NCBI GenBank assembly: GCA_964016885.1
Contig: OZ024742.1
Coordinates: forward strand, 349,246,001-349,310,000
Direction: 5' to 3'
Source: Eledone cirrhosa
Taxonomy: Eukaryota
Length of the DNA stretch: 64,000 bases
Below are positions 10,759 through 21,900 of the stretch, one piece after another (the first letter of the stretch is position 1; every line of letters begins with the position of its first letter). The notes below the pieces were generated by a model. It saw nothing but the letters and a program-made list of their open reading frames with translations, was not told the origin of the DNA and searched no databases. Position numbers and translations under genes: made by a program.

Positions 10759-10953
10759 GGGAGACATGATATGAAGCTTAAAAAATACTTGCGAGCAGTG
10801 AAGTGTTAAATCAACATATGAAAAATAAAGTAAGATGGATATATGAGATTGGGAAAAAAGGGGGGGGGTAGGAAAAGGTAAGGAAGAGGAAGAAAGAAAA
10901 GGATGACGGGGGAGGAGTATAAGAAGGAAGGATGAGAGAGGAGGAGAAATGAG

Positions 10954-10956
<3 letters not shown>

Positions 10957-11044
<88 letters not shown>
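10957..11044. repeat. (GA)n microsatellite
   Basis: Directly visible. Confidence 0.98.
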
Positions 11045-11049
<5 letters not shown>

Positions 11050-11311
11050 CCTTTAAAACAGAGAAAACATTGTCTCACAGAGAGAAATTAAAAAGCCGTT
11101 GTTTCAACGGCTTTTTAATAGATAATTTAAAAAGATAATTTAAATAGATAATTTTAAAAGATTTTGAAATTAAAAGTTAATGAGGTTTATGAATGGTGAT
11201 GTTTATGGTTAAAGTAAAAGGAATTAAGAATAGTATTTATTTATATTGAAGGGTTTAATAATATGTTCGAAAAAAGAATTTATTTATATATATTATTAAA
11301 ATAAAAATATT

Positions 11312-11496
11312 TGTTTCTACTTTAGGCACAAAGCCAGCAATTACCCAGTTCATTACTGGTACTTTATTTTATCGACCCCGTAAGGATGAAAGGCAAAGGC
11401 AAAGTCAACCTCGGCGGGATTTGAACTCAGATCGTAAAGGGACGTAACTATGCTGGAAAGCATGGCGTCCGACCCTTACCGATACTGCCAATCCAC
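11312..11496 (-). mobile_element. tRNA-derived SINE inserted in the PLE 3' region, with a 12-bp target-site duplication
   Basis: Same family as 3150-3338. AATAAAAATATT is present at both 11300-11311 and 11497-11508. Confidence 0.9.
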
Positions 11497-12047
11497 AATA
11501 AAAATATTAAGGATATAATATGAGTGAAGGAGAGATTAAATGAATTATGAATTTAGAGGAATTAGTTAGGGTTTAAGTTTTTTTTTATGTATTGTAATAT
11601 GTAAAAGTAGATAATAGGTTTAATACGAGCACGGAAGGAGAGAAGAAAGAAGAAAGAAGAAAGTTTAAGGGAGAAAAATATATAACGTCAAAAAAATATA
11701 TATGTTTACAAAATTTACTAATGGTAATATTATTATATATTAAAAAAATATAGTTTGTATGCTCAAGAATATAAGGAAAAATGAAAAATGCTATAGTGAG
11801 TAATAATATGAAAAAAGAAGTAATTGAGAAGTAAAAGTTACAGATTAAAGATTAGAAATTAAAAAAAGAAAAAAGGAAGAAAGGAAAAAGGATAAAAAGA
11901 AGAAAGATAGGGGAATCACTAACGGCATAGAATGAGTAAATTGTATAATATAATATACTGAAATAAGGTAGAAAGATAGGTATATTTGTAAAAGATATAA
12001 AAGCGTTTGAGAAAAGAAGATTTTAAAACTACTTAGGTATTGAGATA

Positions 12048-13628
12048 TTAGCTGTATACTTTATGGAAAGTTCTATGGGATTTATGCAAGCAGAGCGAAA
12101 ATAAATCCGTACGTCTATTTATTATAGAATTAAAATTAGATATAATGGTAAATTTCTCGGCTAGGCAGAGATTGCATGTTCTGGATAGGGAAGAATTCCG
12201 GTAAGGAAAGGCGTTGCAAACCTTCATCCAAGAGATGTTATAGTTAATATTTTTGTCTTTCAAGGACCAATGAGTTCCGAGAGTGCTGTGTTAGTTCTTT
12301 TAAGTTGGTATTTAAAAGACGAATTGTGATTATAAAATTACAATTACAATTAAAATCGCAATTACAATTACGATTAGAGAAATTACCAGAGTTATTAACA
12401 AGTGATCTAGTATTATTTATAGAAGGAATTGGATTCGAGAAGTTATTTACGATAGGAACTATGGTTTCCTGATTTAGATTGGTGTTATGAACATTCAACG
12501 AAGTTACGTTTGACGTCGTATTTAAATTTACTGAATCTAGCCTAGAGTTAACATTGACGTCGGGTTTACTATTGCTATTATTATGACGCTCAGTGTTGGA
12601 TGGATGTAATTTATTATTTAATATTTTATTATTGTGTTTAGAGATAACGTTAGAGATGTTGGAAGTGGTGGAATAAGAGAATTTGATTGTATGTTTGTTA
12701 AAGATATTACTATAGATATGCGAGGGAGGGAAGCATTTATCTAAGGCCCTAAAAAATAGTTTAGGAATATTACTAGTAATAGATAGAGAAAAAGGAGCAT
12801 TATACCAAATCATATTTTTATATCTAGGTCTTTTATTTAAGTTATTGGAATGTTCATAACTAACTATTTTACTATAAGTCCTTCGATGATTGGTTCTTTA
12901 CTGTATTTAATTTTATCAGGATAACTGACTTTGGAAAGCGCATTATTATAATAGTTGGCATTAACGTCGAAGATAACTTTATTAGAGAATAGATTTGAGA
13001 TTCTTTTTTCGACATTACTGACTATAGCATTTTTAACGTTAGTGGGGTGGTTAGATTTAAAATTAACATAATTTAGATTCTCATTGTCTTTATGGTAAGA
13101 GTAATATAGGCTGGTGTCAAGATTAAGGGATATATCCAGGAAGTTAGCTAGTTTGACGTTGTTATCAAATTCAATTTTAAGGTTATGGTGCTTAAATAGA
13201 TCAAGTATATTGTTCTTAATAATATTAAGGTTAACTAAGTTACAGTTTAAGACAGTAAAAAGGGCATCGTCACGATAAATTTCACCGCGAAGTTGAGGAA
13301 TTTTCCGATTTAAAGAATTCAAAATAAAGATACCAATCAAGTCCGTCAGTTGCGATGAATCGGACGCACCCATTGTGATATCAAAATTGTTGGAAGTATC
13401 AGCTCTAGTCCAATATTCGTTGTTGAATTCCAAGATAGTTTTTCTTGCGGTGAGAATGATGTAAAGTTCATCTGTGGTAATGTCAGAATATTTAAATGCG
13501 AAAGATAGAGCTTTGTTGAGGAGTGAAGGCGAAATAGAAGAATAGTAACTGGCAATGTCAAACTGAATAAATTTTTGTTTGTTTTTATTATTCAGGTCAT
13601 TGAACCAGTTAATTGCTTCAGATGTACC
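12048..13628 (-). pseudogene. PLE reverse transcriptase plus partial GIY-YIG endonuclease, frameshifted
   Basis: RT motifs FIQFDIASYYSSI, FDITMGASDSSQLTDLIG, IYRDDAL, NFLDISL, SNHP; then IWYNAPFS, IKFSYS, CNC; C-terminal ISW...PY...CNLCLAEK...INRRTDL...CLH. The GIY and YIG motifs themselves appear deleted. Confidence 0.9.
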
Positions 13629-13646
13629 ATATATATATATATATAT

Positions 13647-16275
13647 TAGGGTGTTCCATAATCCCACATTTTACACAAATATGTTTTTTTCTTAGTTCCC
13701 TATGCATTTTCTCATGCCATTTTGTATATTATCAATTTATAATGTCATTTTGATTATTTCAGACTAATTTAAGCCTTGCATAATAGTTGCAAATTGGCAG
13801 AATAATGGCGGAAACCAGTGGGCCTAGTTGTAGCTACTCGCTCCGTTGTGATGATCGAGAAATATGGCTCCTGGGGCAATATGTTACATCATTTTCACCA
13901 AACAAAATACCAACAAAGGGAGATGTTCTAAGATATTTCGTCTACCTGAAAGATGGTCCTATGAAACACGAAAAGCATGTGAGCTTCAATAGTGCTATTG
14001 CGGATAGGCCTGTGATGGAAGTAGTTAGTCAATGGGAAAAAGATGGTGTGGCGACTCAACGAAAATACAAAGTGAAACTGAAAATTATGAACATGTACAG
14101 TGAATACAGAAATTTAAAAAAAAACAAAGGTTCTAAGTCAAACAAAGAAAAGGAAGCACTATTTATTTCTGAATTGGATTCGTATTTCTACATTGCACAT
14201 ACTGATGCTGAAAAGAAAATTTTGAAAGACCGTCTTCGTAATAATGAACAGAAAATGGAAGATGCTACATTTCTCGAAGCCCTGCGTTGCCAGAAAAGTA
14301 TCTCTGGGTGCTGAAGACAAGGGTTACCAGAAAAAGGTATCTTAAAAGTTTAAGCGTGATCAGGTTTCGTCGAGAGTCAGAGAACCATAGAAAGTGTTTG
14401 TCAGGATCTGTAGCAGCTGAAACTCCCAAAGAATCCATTTCAATGTCCAAAAATTTCTCTAATGGCTGATCGTTTAAACCTGACACTGGGCCAGAGAACA
14501 GCATTTATGGTATCGATTATTTCTGAGGGTGGGACTGACATAGACGCCACAACTCTCTGCAAGAATAGTAGCAGATGTGCAGCTAAGAAGATCAGAACTG
14601 TGGGGGCTGAACACATAAAGGAACAATTTGCTGTACCAGACTTTGTTACCTTGCATTGGGATGGCAAAATAATTCCTGGTGACCACGAGAGGCTAGGTGT
14701 GCTAGGTGTGCTAGTTGCTGGAACTCCGGACTTCAGAGAAGGTAAACTCCTCGGTGTTCCCATAATTCCCGATGGCACTAGAACCACCCAAGCCAAAGCA
14801 TCATTTGATCTTGTTGAAGATTGGAATGTTGATGGGTCTGTGGTGGGCTTGGTCTTCGACACAACTGCTTCGAATTCTGGATGGAAAAATGGTGCCTGCG
14901 TGAAACTAGAAGAGATGCTCAACAAAAAGGTGTTTTATTTTGCTTGTCGGCACCATGTGATGGAGCGTATCTTGTGTGCAGTGTGGCAACAACTATTCGG
15001 AGCAATGTCCAGTCCAGACACCCCAGAGTTCAAGGAGTTCAAAAATGATTGGGTGTCACTCACAGACAAGACCAACTTTAAAACATTGAACATTGTCTAC
15101 CGGAGATTCAAGCGTCTGTGTTCTGAGAATATCAAGTTCCTCCAAGATTTCTGACATTTGACGATGGGAAAAATGAGTTCTCTTCCATGGGACGACTACC
15201 GAGAATGCGCCGAGTTGATGTTGATCTTGTTTGGTGTCACTCCTCCTCCTGGAATTCATTGGATGCTGCCTGGTGCATATAATAACGCTCGGTGGATGTC
15301 CACAATCATCTATAATGCAAAGATGTATGCATTTGGTGAGCGACTCAATTACGATCAAGCTAAAATGGAAAAGTTGCGCCGGATCTGTATGTTCAATGCT
15401 CTGTTCTACGTGCGATACTGGCTGACAGCAGTCAAATGTGCTGATGCACCATCCGATGACCTTCATTTCTACGTGGAGTTGACACAGTACAGTAAGTTTG
15501 ACAGAGATCTCTTGTAGGCAGCCACTACTGCTCTGAGCAGGCATCTTTGGTACCTGGCGGAGGAAGCCATTCCGCTAGCGCTGTTTTCAAGTCGGGTCCA
15601 AGAGTCCGAGAAGAAACAAATAGCCCAACGTCTTGTCAAAACGAAAACGTCTGGGCCTCTCAACCGTGGTGCTCTAGTATTTCCCGAGTTGAAGTCGTCC
15701 ACGAAGCTGCCTCATCTAGTTGGGAAGAAATCAAGGCTTCTGTTCGATCACCTTGGTGTCGACCATACTTGGCTTGAGCTGTCACCTGCAACTTGGTCAT
15801 CACAAGCATCATATCAAAATGCCTGTGCTGTTGTTTACAATATAAAAGTAGTCAACGATCTGGTGGAGAGAGCAGTCAAGTTGATAACTGATTTTGTTGC
15901 CATCACCAAGAATGAGGAGGAGAAGCAGTGTGTTCTTCAAGTAGTCGAAGCTCATCGTCGCAAGGTCCCGGATTTCAAAAAAGAAACCCTGAAAAAATAT
16001 GACTGGAGTTAACTTAACTGATCTTGTTTCTTCCTTGTACGCCTTTATATTCAAAGCTGGTTTACTAAATATAATGGATTAATAAAATAAACAATTATTG
16101 TATGGTCATATTTGGTTTCACATTTTCATGATTTCATGCAACATAATCAGACTTTCCACTATAATCACCATGATATAGACAAGACACAAAATAATTTATT
16201 TTATACAAAATAGGTTTTATTTTACCAATTGGGGCATTTATAATGGGAAAATACATAGGGAGCGTTAGTGGCACA

Positions 16276-16280
<5 letters not shown>
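13647..16280 (+). mobile_element. DNA transposon of the hAT-related DDE group (hATm-like), apparently with both ends, inserted in (TA)n
   Basis: Left end TAGGGTGTTCCA; reverse complement of the right end TAGAATGTGCCA (9/12). ATATATAT flanks both sides, compatible with an 8-bp TSD but uninformative. Encloses a transposase pseudogene. The subgroup name is from memory. Confidence 0.7.
13805..16012 (+). pseudogene. DDE transposase pseudogene
   Basis: Motifs LHWDGK (D1), VFDTTASNSG (D2), ACRHH (CxxH), ARW, RHLWYL and VVNDLVERAVKL (E). One frame runs from 14462 to 16012 with internal stops at 15152-15154 and 15515-15517; there are frameshifts between ~14300 and 14460. Confidence 0.9.
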
Positions 16281-16335
<55 letters not shown>

Positions 16336-16582
16336 TATGTATACGTACATACATATATGTATACAGACGTACACTAGTATGTTCGGTAAACCCATACGAA
16401 CATATATATATGTGTGCATGTATGTATATATATACATACTACTGTACGTCTGTATACATATATGTATGTACGTGTACATACTTATATTTAAGTAACAGCC
16501 GTACTAAGAATGAGAAATGAAATTTCGTTTCATTTTTTCCATTTATCGTTTTCGGTACGCCCGGCCGACTAACTCACGCGAT

Positions 16583-16649
16583 ATGCAAATTAGGCTGCTC
16601 AACCGTTAATATGCATAAGGAAAGTCCAATCATCAAACGTCCAATCATC
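16583..16649 (+). promoter_or_regulatory. Octamer motif plus two CCAAT boxes, candidate internal promoter
   Basis: ATGCAAAT at 16583-16590; GTCCAATCATC twice, 15 bp apart. Motif match only. Confidence 0.3.
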
Positions 16650-16663
16650 TGACAGGAAGGTAT

Positions 16664-16706
16664 ACGATGCTGACGACAGCTAATAAGCTTGAAACTAGTT
16701 CATCGT
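16664..16706 (+). ncRNA. Minimal type-I hammerhead ribozyme motif
   Basis: ACGATG-CTGACGA-cAGCT(aata)AGCTt-GAAA-ctag-TT-CATCGT. Stem I is 6 bp perfect, the core is intact, ACTAGT is palindromic, and the closing pair of stem II is a C/U mismatch. Confidence 0.8.
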
Positions 16707-16757
16707 TCCTTTGTCAGTGTTGAACAAAAGGGCAGCGATGGTTGCATTCTTTTCCAT

Positions 16758-16866
16758 TTATATATATATATATATATATATATGTAGATGTATATATATA
16801 TAGATGTAGATGTATATATATATATATATATGTAGATGTATATATATATATATATGTATGTATATA

Positions 16867-16918
<52 letters not shown>

Positions 16919-16971
16919 TAAATATATATATATATGCGCATATATATATGTATATAAATGCATAGGTATAA

Positions 16972-17002
<31 letters not shown>

Positions 17003-17030
17003 ATATATATAAATATATATAAATATATAT
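16758..17030. repeat. (TA)n/(CA)n compound microsatellite
   Basis: Directly visible. Confidence 0.95.
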
Positions 17031-17407
17031 GCAATAAGTGGTAAGAATATACTCCTTTCGTCAAACACTTACAACCCATTCAGAATGTTTTGATAACAAA
17101 TAATGATTTTCTGACAATGTTCTAATATTCTAACCATATTTCAAACCAACTATATCACTAGTTCTATAAAGATTGCCAAAGGAAACGATATTAAATATAT
17201 ATCATATCTAGTCAATAGTGAAAGAATAATATTTTCAATTGGAATTTCAAATTTCAGTAATGCATTTGAATATACGATTGTTAGGACAATTGTATTGATT
17301 GCTTCTTAGTATTTATTTTTTATTGAAAAAAAAAGGAGACAACAGTTACCAAAGTACCAATGACTTATTTGTGAGTAGATTCTACTGGACGGAAACTGTG
17401 CGGAAGT

Positions 17408-17409
<2 letters not shown>

Positions 17410-17453
<44 letters not shown>

Positions 17454-17476
17454 ATTATAAACTGTGCTGAAGTCCA

Positions 17477-17509
<33 letters not shown>

Positions 17510-17579
17510 TGTATGTATGTATGTATGTATGTATGTATGTATGTATGTATGTATGTATGTATGTATGTATGTATGTATG

Positions 17580-17619
<40 letters not shown>

Positions 17620-17670
17620 TATATATGTGTGTGTGTGTGAGCGTGTATGTATGTATATATATATATATAT
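17410..17670. repeat. (TA)n and (ATGT)n microsatellites
   Basis: Directly visible; (ATGT)n at ~17481-17585. Confidence 0.95.
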
Positions 17671-18054
17671 TCACAAATACTATCGCCTATAGGCGGGTGC
17701 ATTCATAGACGGATAGATACATAATAGGCAGAGAGAGGGACTGACAGTAGTTTAACGGATGACTGGTAGATAGACAGGTAGATAGATAGAAGGAAAGATA
17801 GATAGATAGGTAATACTGACTGTTGGGGGGATCGACTGAGGGTTGGGTGGGCAGATATCATACAATAGGATACGCTAAAACCCAATAGAAACAATGACAT
17901 TCATTCTAGAACGAAATACATACGGACTGATGGATGGCTCGGAGGTTGGATTCTAAGTAAATTAAGCTCTAGTAAGACAGTAAACAGTAAAATGAAAATA
18001 TTGTAAAATAAATGAATAAATAAAACAATTGAAAGATAATACCAAACATCCTGG

Positions 18055-18365
18055 TTAAAGATCGAGTTTGATGACTGGTTTGAAGTGTTTATATGTGGTT
18101 GTAGTCTTATGTATACAGGAATAATAATGTTTCGAATGTCTATTTAGGAGTGATCTCTTAGTAAACAGTATTTCCATAGATTCGGAGGTACATAAATCAC
18201 AAGGTTTGTTTCCGCCTGTATATGGTCTTGCTCTGATTTGTATCTAGATCTTCCAACTCAGTTTGAAAGATCTAGATTTCCTCTTAATGCTTCACACATC
18301 GGAGGTAAAGGATGTTTAGTTTACCTTATCCTGTAGTTCGGATGTATGGGTATGACTGGCACTGT
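18055..18365 (-). pseudogene. Decayed C-terminal GIY-YIG endonuclease fragment of a third (Naiad-like) PLE; absent from the ORF track
   Basis: Manual translation gives SHTHTSELQDKVN*TSFTSDV*SIKRKSRSFKLSWKI*IQIRARPYTGGNKPCDLCTSESMEILFTKRSLLNRHSKHYYSCIHK. This parallels the W...W...PY...CxLCxxE...NR...CxH pattern at 12048-12263. Confidence 0.8.
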
Positions 18366-18545
18366 CCATATCCTGAGAAGGGTATTATCAATTTAAAAAC
18401 CTTGCAAAGACCCTTACTGATGTTTGTAGCCTTGTGGTGTCATTTGAATGACAATTGATTGTAAAATGTGTTTATTATCAAATTATGGTGTCAGGCTGAC
18501 ACTCGGCATGATTTGGGAAAGAAGCAGAATTTAAAGGAAGTTTGA

Positions 18546-18546
<1 letters not shown>

Positions 18547-18587
<41 letters not shown>

Positions 18588-18742
18588 TATTATTATTATT
18601 ATTTCAATTAATACTAATAATAATAATAATCGATTAAATCAACCCCTGTGCATTACTGGTACTTTATTTTATCGACCCCGTAAGGATGAAAGGCAAAGTT
18701 AACCTCGGCGGGATTTGAACTCAGATCATAATGGATCGTAAC
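18547..18742 (-). mobile_element. 5'-truncated SINE with an adjoining (TAA)n/(TTA)n tract
   Basis: 18643-18725 matches the SINE body and B-box (CTGGTACTTTATTTTATCGACCCCGTAAGG...GGGATTTGAACTCAG); simple repeat at 18547-18630. Confidence 0.8.
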
Positions 18743-18966
18743 TCAATAATATTAATGATAACAAAAGAAATATGACAAAGTAAAATAAATGATAAAACTC
18801 CTAAGATGTGGCAGGTAATTGTGTGTGCAGTGAAATGAGTTTCGGTATTTCAGGCAGAGTAAGTCTTGGAAGGAACCGAGCCACATATCTTGTTTTAGTC
18901 CATCAACACACGGAACTCACACCTTCATTTATTACATTTTACGGCGCTTTTCATATCTTTAAAAAA

Positions 18967-21900
18967 GTACCCTGTCTAGAACTCTATAACTCTGATATCA
19001 TCGCAGTACCCTGTCTAGAACTCTATAACTCTGATACAATCGCAGTACTCTGTCTAAAACTCTATAACTCTGATATCATCGCAGTACCCTGTCTAGAACT
19101 CTAGAACTCTGATATCATCGAAGTACCCTGTCTAGAACACTATGACTCCGATATCATCGAAGTACCCTGTCTAGAACTCTATAACTCTGATACAATCGCA
19201 GTACCCTGTCTAAAACTCTATAACTCTGATATCATCGCAGTACCCTGTCTACAACTCTAGAACTCTGATATCATCGAAGTACCCTGTCTAGAACTCTATA
19301 ACTCCGATATCATCGAAGTACCCTGTCTAGAACTCTATAACTCCGATATCATCGCAGTACCCTGTCTAAAACTCTATAACTCTGATATCATCGCAGTACC
19401 CTGTCTAAAACTTTATAACTCTGATATCATCGCAGTACTCTGTCTAAAATTCTATAACTCTGATATCATCGCAGTACCCTGTCTAAAACTATAACTGTGA
19501 TATCATCGCAGTACCTGTCTAAAACTCTATAACTCTGATATCATTGCAGTACCCTGTCTAAAACTCTATAACTCTGATATCATCGCAGTACCCTGTCTAA
19601 AACTCTATAACTCTGATATCATCGCAACCCTGTCTAGAATTCTATAACTCTGATATCATCGCAGTACCCTGTTTAGAACTGTATAACTCTGATATCATCG
19701 CAGTACCCTGTATAAAACTCTATAACTACGATATCATCGCAGTACCCTGTCTAAAACTCTATAACTCTGATATCATTGCAGTACCCTGTCTAAAACTCTA
19801 TAACTCTGATATCATCGAAACCCTGTCTAGAACTCTATAACTCAGATATCATCGCAGTACCCTGTCTAAAACTCTATATCTCTGATATAATTGCAGTACC
19901 CTGTCTAAAACTCTATAACTCTGATATCATCGCAGTACCCTGTCTAAAACTCTATAACTCTGATATCATCGCAACCCTGTCTAGAATTCTATAACTCCGA
20001 TATCATCGCAGTACCCTGTCTATAACTCTATAACTCTGATATCATCGCAGTACCCTGTCTAAAACTTTATAACTCTGATATCATCGCAGTACTCGGTCTA
20101 AAATTTTATAACTCTGATATCATCGCAGTACCCTGTCTATAACTCTATAACTCTGATATCATCGCAGTACCCTGTCTAAAACTTTATAACTCTGATATCA
20201 TCGCAGTACTCTGTCTAAAACTCTATAACTCTGATATCATCGCAGTACCCTGTCTAAAACTCTATAACTCTGATATCATCGCAGTACCCTGTCTAAAACT
20301 CTATAACTCTGATATCATCGCAGTACCCTGTCTAAAACTCTATAACTCTAAATATCATCACAACTCTGTTTAGAACTCTATAACTCTGATATCATCGCAG
20401 TAACCTGTCTAAAACTCTATAACTCTGATATCATTGCGGTACCTTGTCTAAAACTCTATAACTCTGATATCATCGCAGTACCCTGTCTAAAACTCTATAA
20501 CTCCGATATCATCACAGAACCCTGTCTAAAACTCTATAACTCTGATATCATTGCAGTACCCTGTCTAAAACTCTATAACTCTGATATCATCGCAGTACCC
20601 TGTCTAAAACTCTATAACTCTGATATCATCGCAGTACCCTGTCTAAAACTCTATAAAACTGATATCATCGTAGTACCCTGTATAAAACTCTATAACTCCG
20701 ATATCATCACAGAACCCTGTCTAAAATTCTATAACTCTGATATCATCGCAGTAGCCTGTCTAGAACTCTATAACTCTGATATCATCGCAGTAGCCTGTCT
20801 AGAACTCTCTAACTCTGATATCATTGCAGTACCCTGTCTAAAATTCTATAACTCTGATATCATCGCAGTACCCTGTCTAAAACTCTATAACTCTGATATC
20901 ATTGCAGTATCCTGTCTAAAATTCTATAACTCTTATATCATCGCAGTACCCTGTTTAAATCTCTATAATTCTGATATCGCAGGACCCTGTCTAGAACTCT
21001 ATAACTCTGATATCATCGCAGTACCCTGTCTAAAACTCTATAAACCCGATATCATCGCAGTACCTTATCTAAAACTCTATAACTCTGATATCATCGCAGT
21101 ACCTGTCTAAAACACTATAACTGTGATATCATCGCAGTACCCTGTCTAAAACTCTATAACCCCGATATCATCGCAGTACCTTATCTAAAACTCTATAACT
21201 CTGATATCATCGCAGTACCCTGTCTAAAACTCTATAACTCTGATATCATTGCAGTACCCTGTCTAAAACTCTATAACTCTGATATCATCGCAGTACCCTG
21301 TCTAAAACTCTATAACTCTGATATCATCGCAGTACCCTATCTAGAACTCTATAACACTGATATCATCGCAGTACCCTGTCTAAAACTCTATAACTCTGAT
21401 ATCATCGCAGTACCCTTCTAGAACTCTATAACTCTGATATCATTGCAGTACCCTGTCTAAAATTCTATAACTCTGATATCATCGCAGTACCCTGTCTAAA
21501 ACTCCATAACTCTGATATCATCGCAGTACCCTGTCTAAAACACTATATCTCTGATATCATTGCAGTACCCTGTCTAAAACTCTATAACTCTGATATCATC
21601 GCAGTACCTGTCTAAAACTCTATAACTCTGATATCATCGCAGTACCCTGTCTAAAACTCTATAACTCCGATATCATCGCAGAACCCTGTCTAAAACTCTA
21701 TAACTCTGATATCATTGCAGTACCCTGTCTAAAATTCTATAACTCTGATATCATCGCAGTACCCTGTCTAAAACTCTATATCTCTGATATCATCGCAGTA
21801 CCCTGTCTAAAACTCTTTAACTCTGATATCATCGCAGAACCCTGTCTAAAACTCTATAATTCCGATATCATCGCAGAACCCTGTCTAAAACTCTATAACT

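Larger units (their letters stand above)
10652..13628 (-). mobile_element. 5'-truncated Penelope-like retroelement (Naiad-like), with a long 3' region ending in a hammerhead; bounded by (TA)n on both sides
   Basis: RT and endonuclease remnants at 12048-13628, an AT-rich strand-biased 3' region, and a hammerhead at 10688-10758 on the same strand. Confidence 0.75.
16329..16757 (+). mobile_element. Short non-coding hammerhead-bearing element (non-autonomous PLE-like) between two (TA)n tracts
   Basis: 5' imperfect palindrome (~16329-16382 / ~16434-16486), ATGCAAAT at 16583, CCAATCATC at 16626 and 16641, hammerhead at 16664-16706, and a 3' hairpin. No ORF. Confidence 0.6.

Noticed and set aside
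14265-16054. Minus-strand ORFs over the transposase
   Set aside because: They are antisense shadows of the plus-strand transposase, with no independent motifs.
17043-17090. Possible fifth hammerhead on the minus strand (CTGAATGG-GTTGTAAGTGTTTGAC-GAAA-GGAG-TA), resembling the 2101 motif
   Set aside because: The core deviates from CUGANGA and stems I and II pair poorly; at most a heavily decayed relic.
18280-18300. In-frame TGA in the Naiad-like fragment as a selenocysteine codon (some Naiads are reported to encode selenoproteins)
   Set aside because: It aligns with a conserved Trp (IWSLK in the other copy), so TGG>TGA decay is simpler. TAA and TAG stops occur in the same frame.
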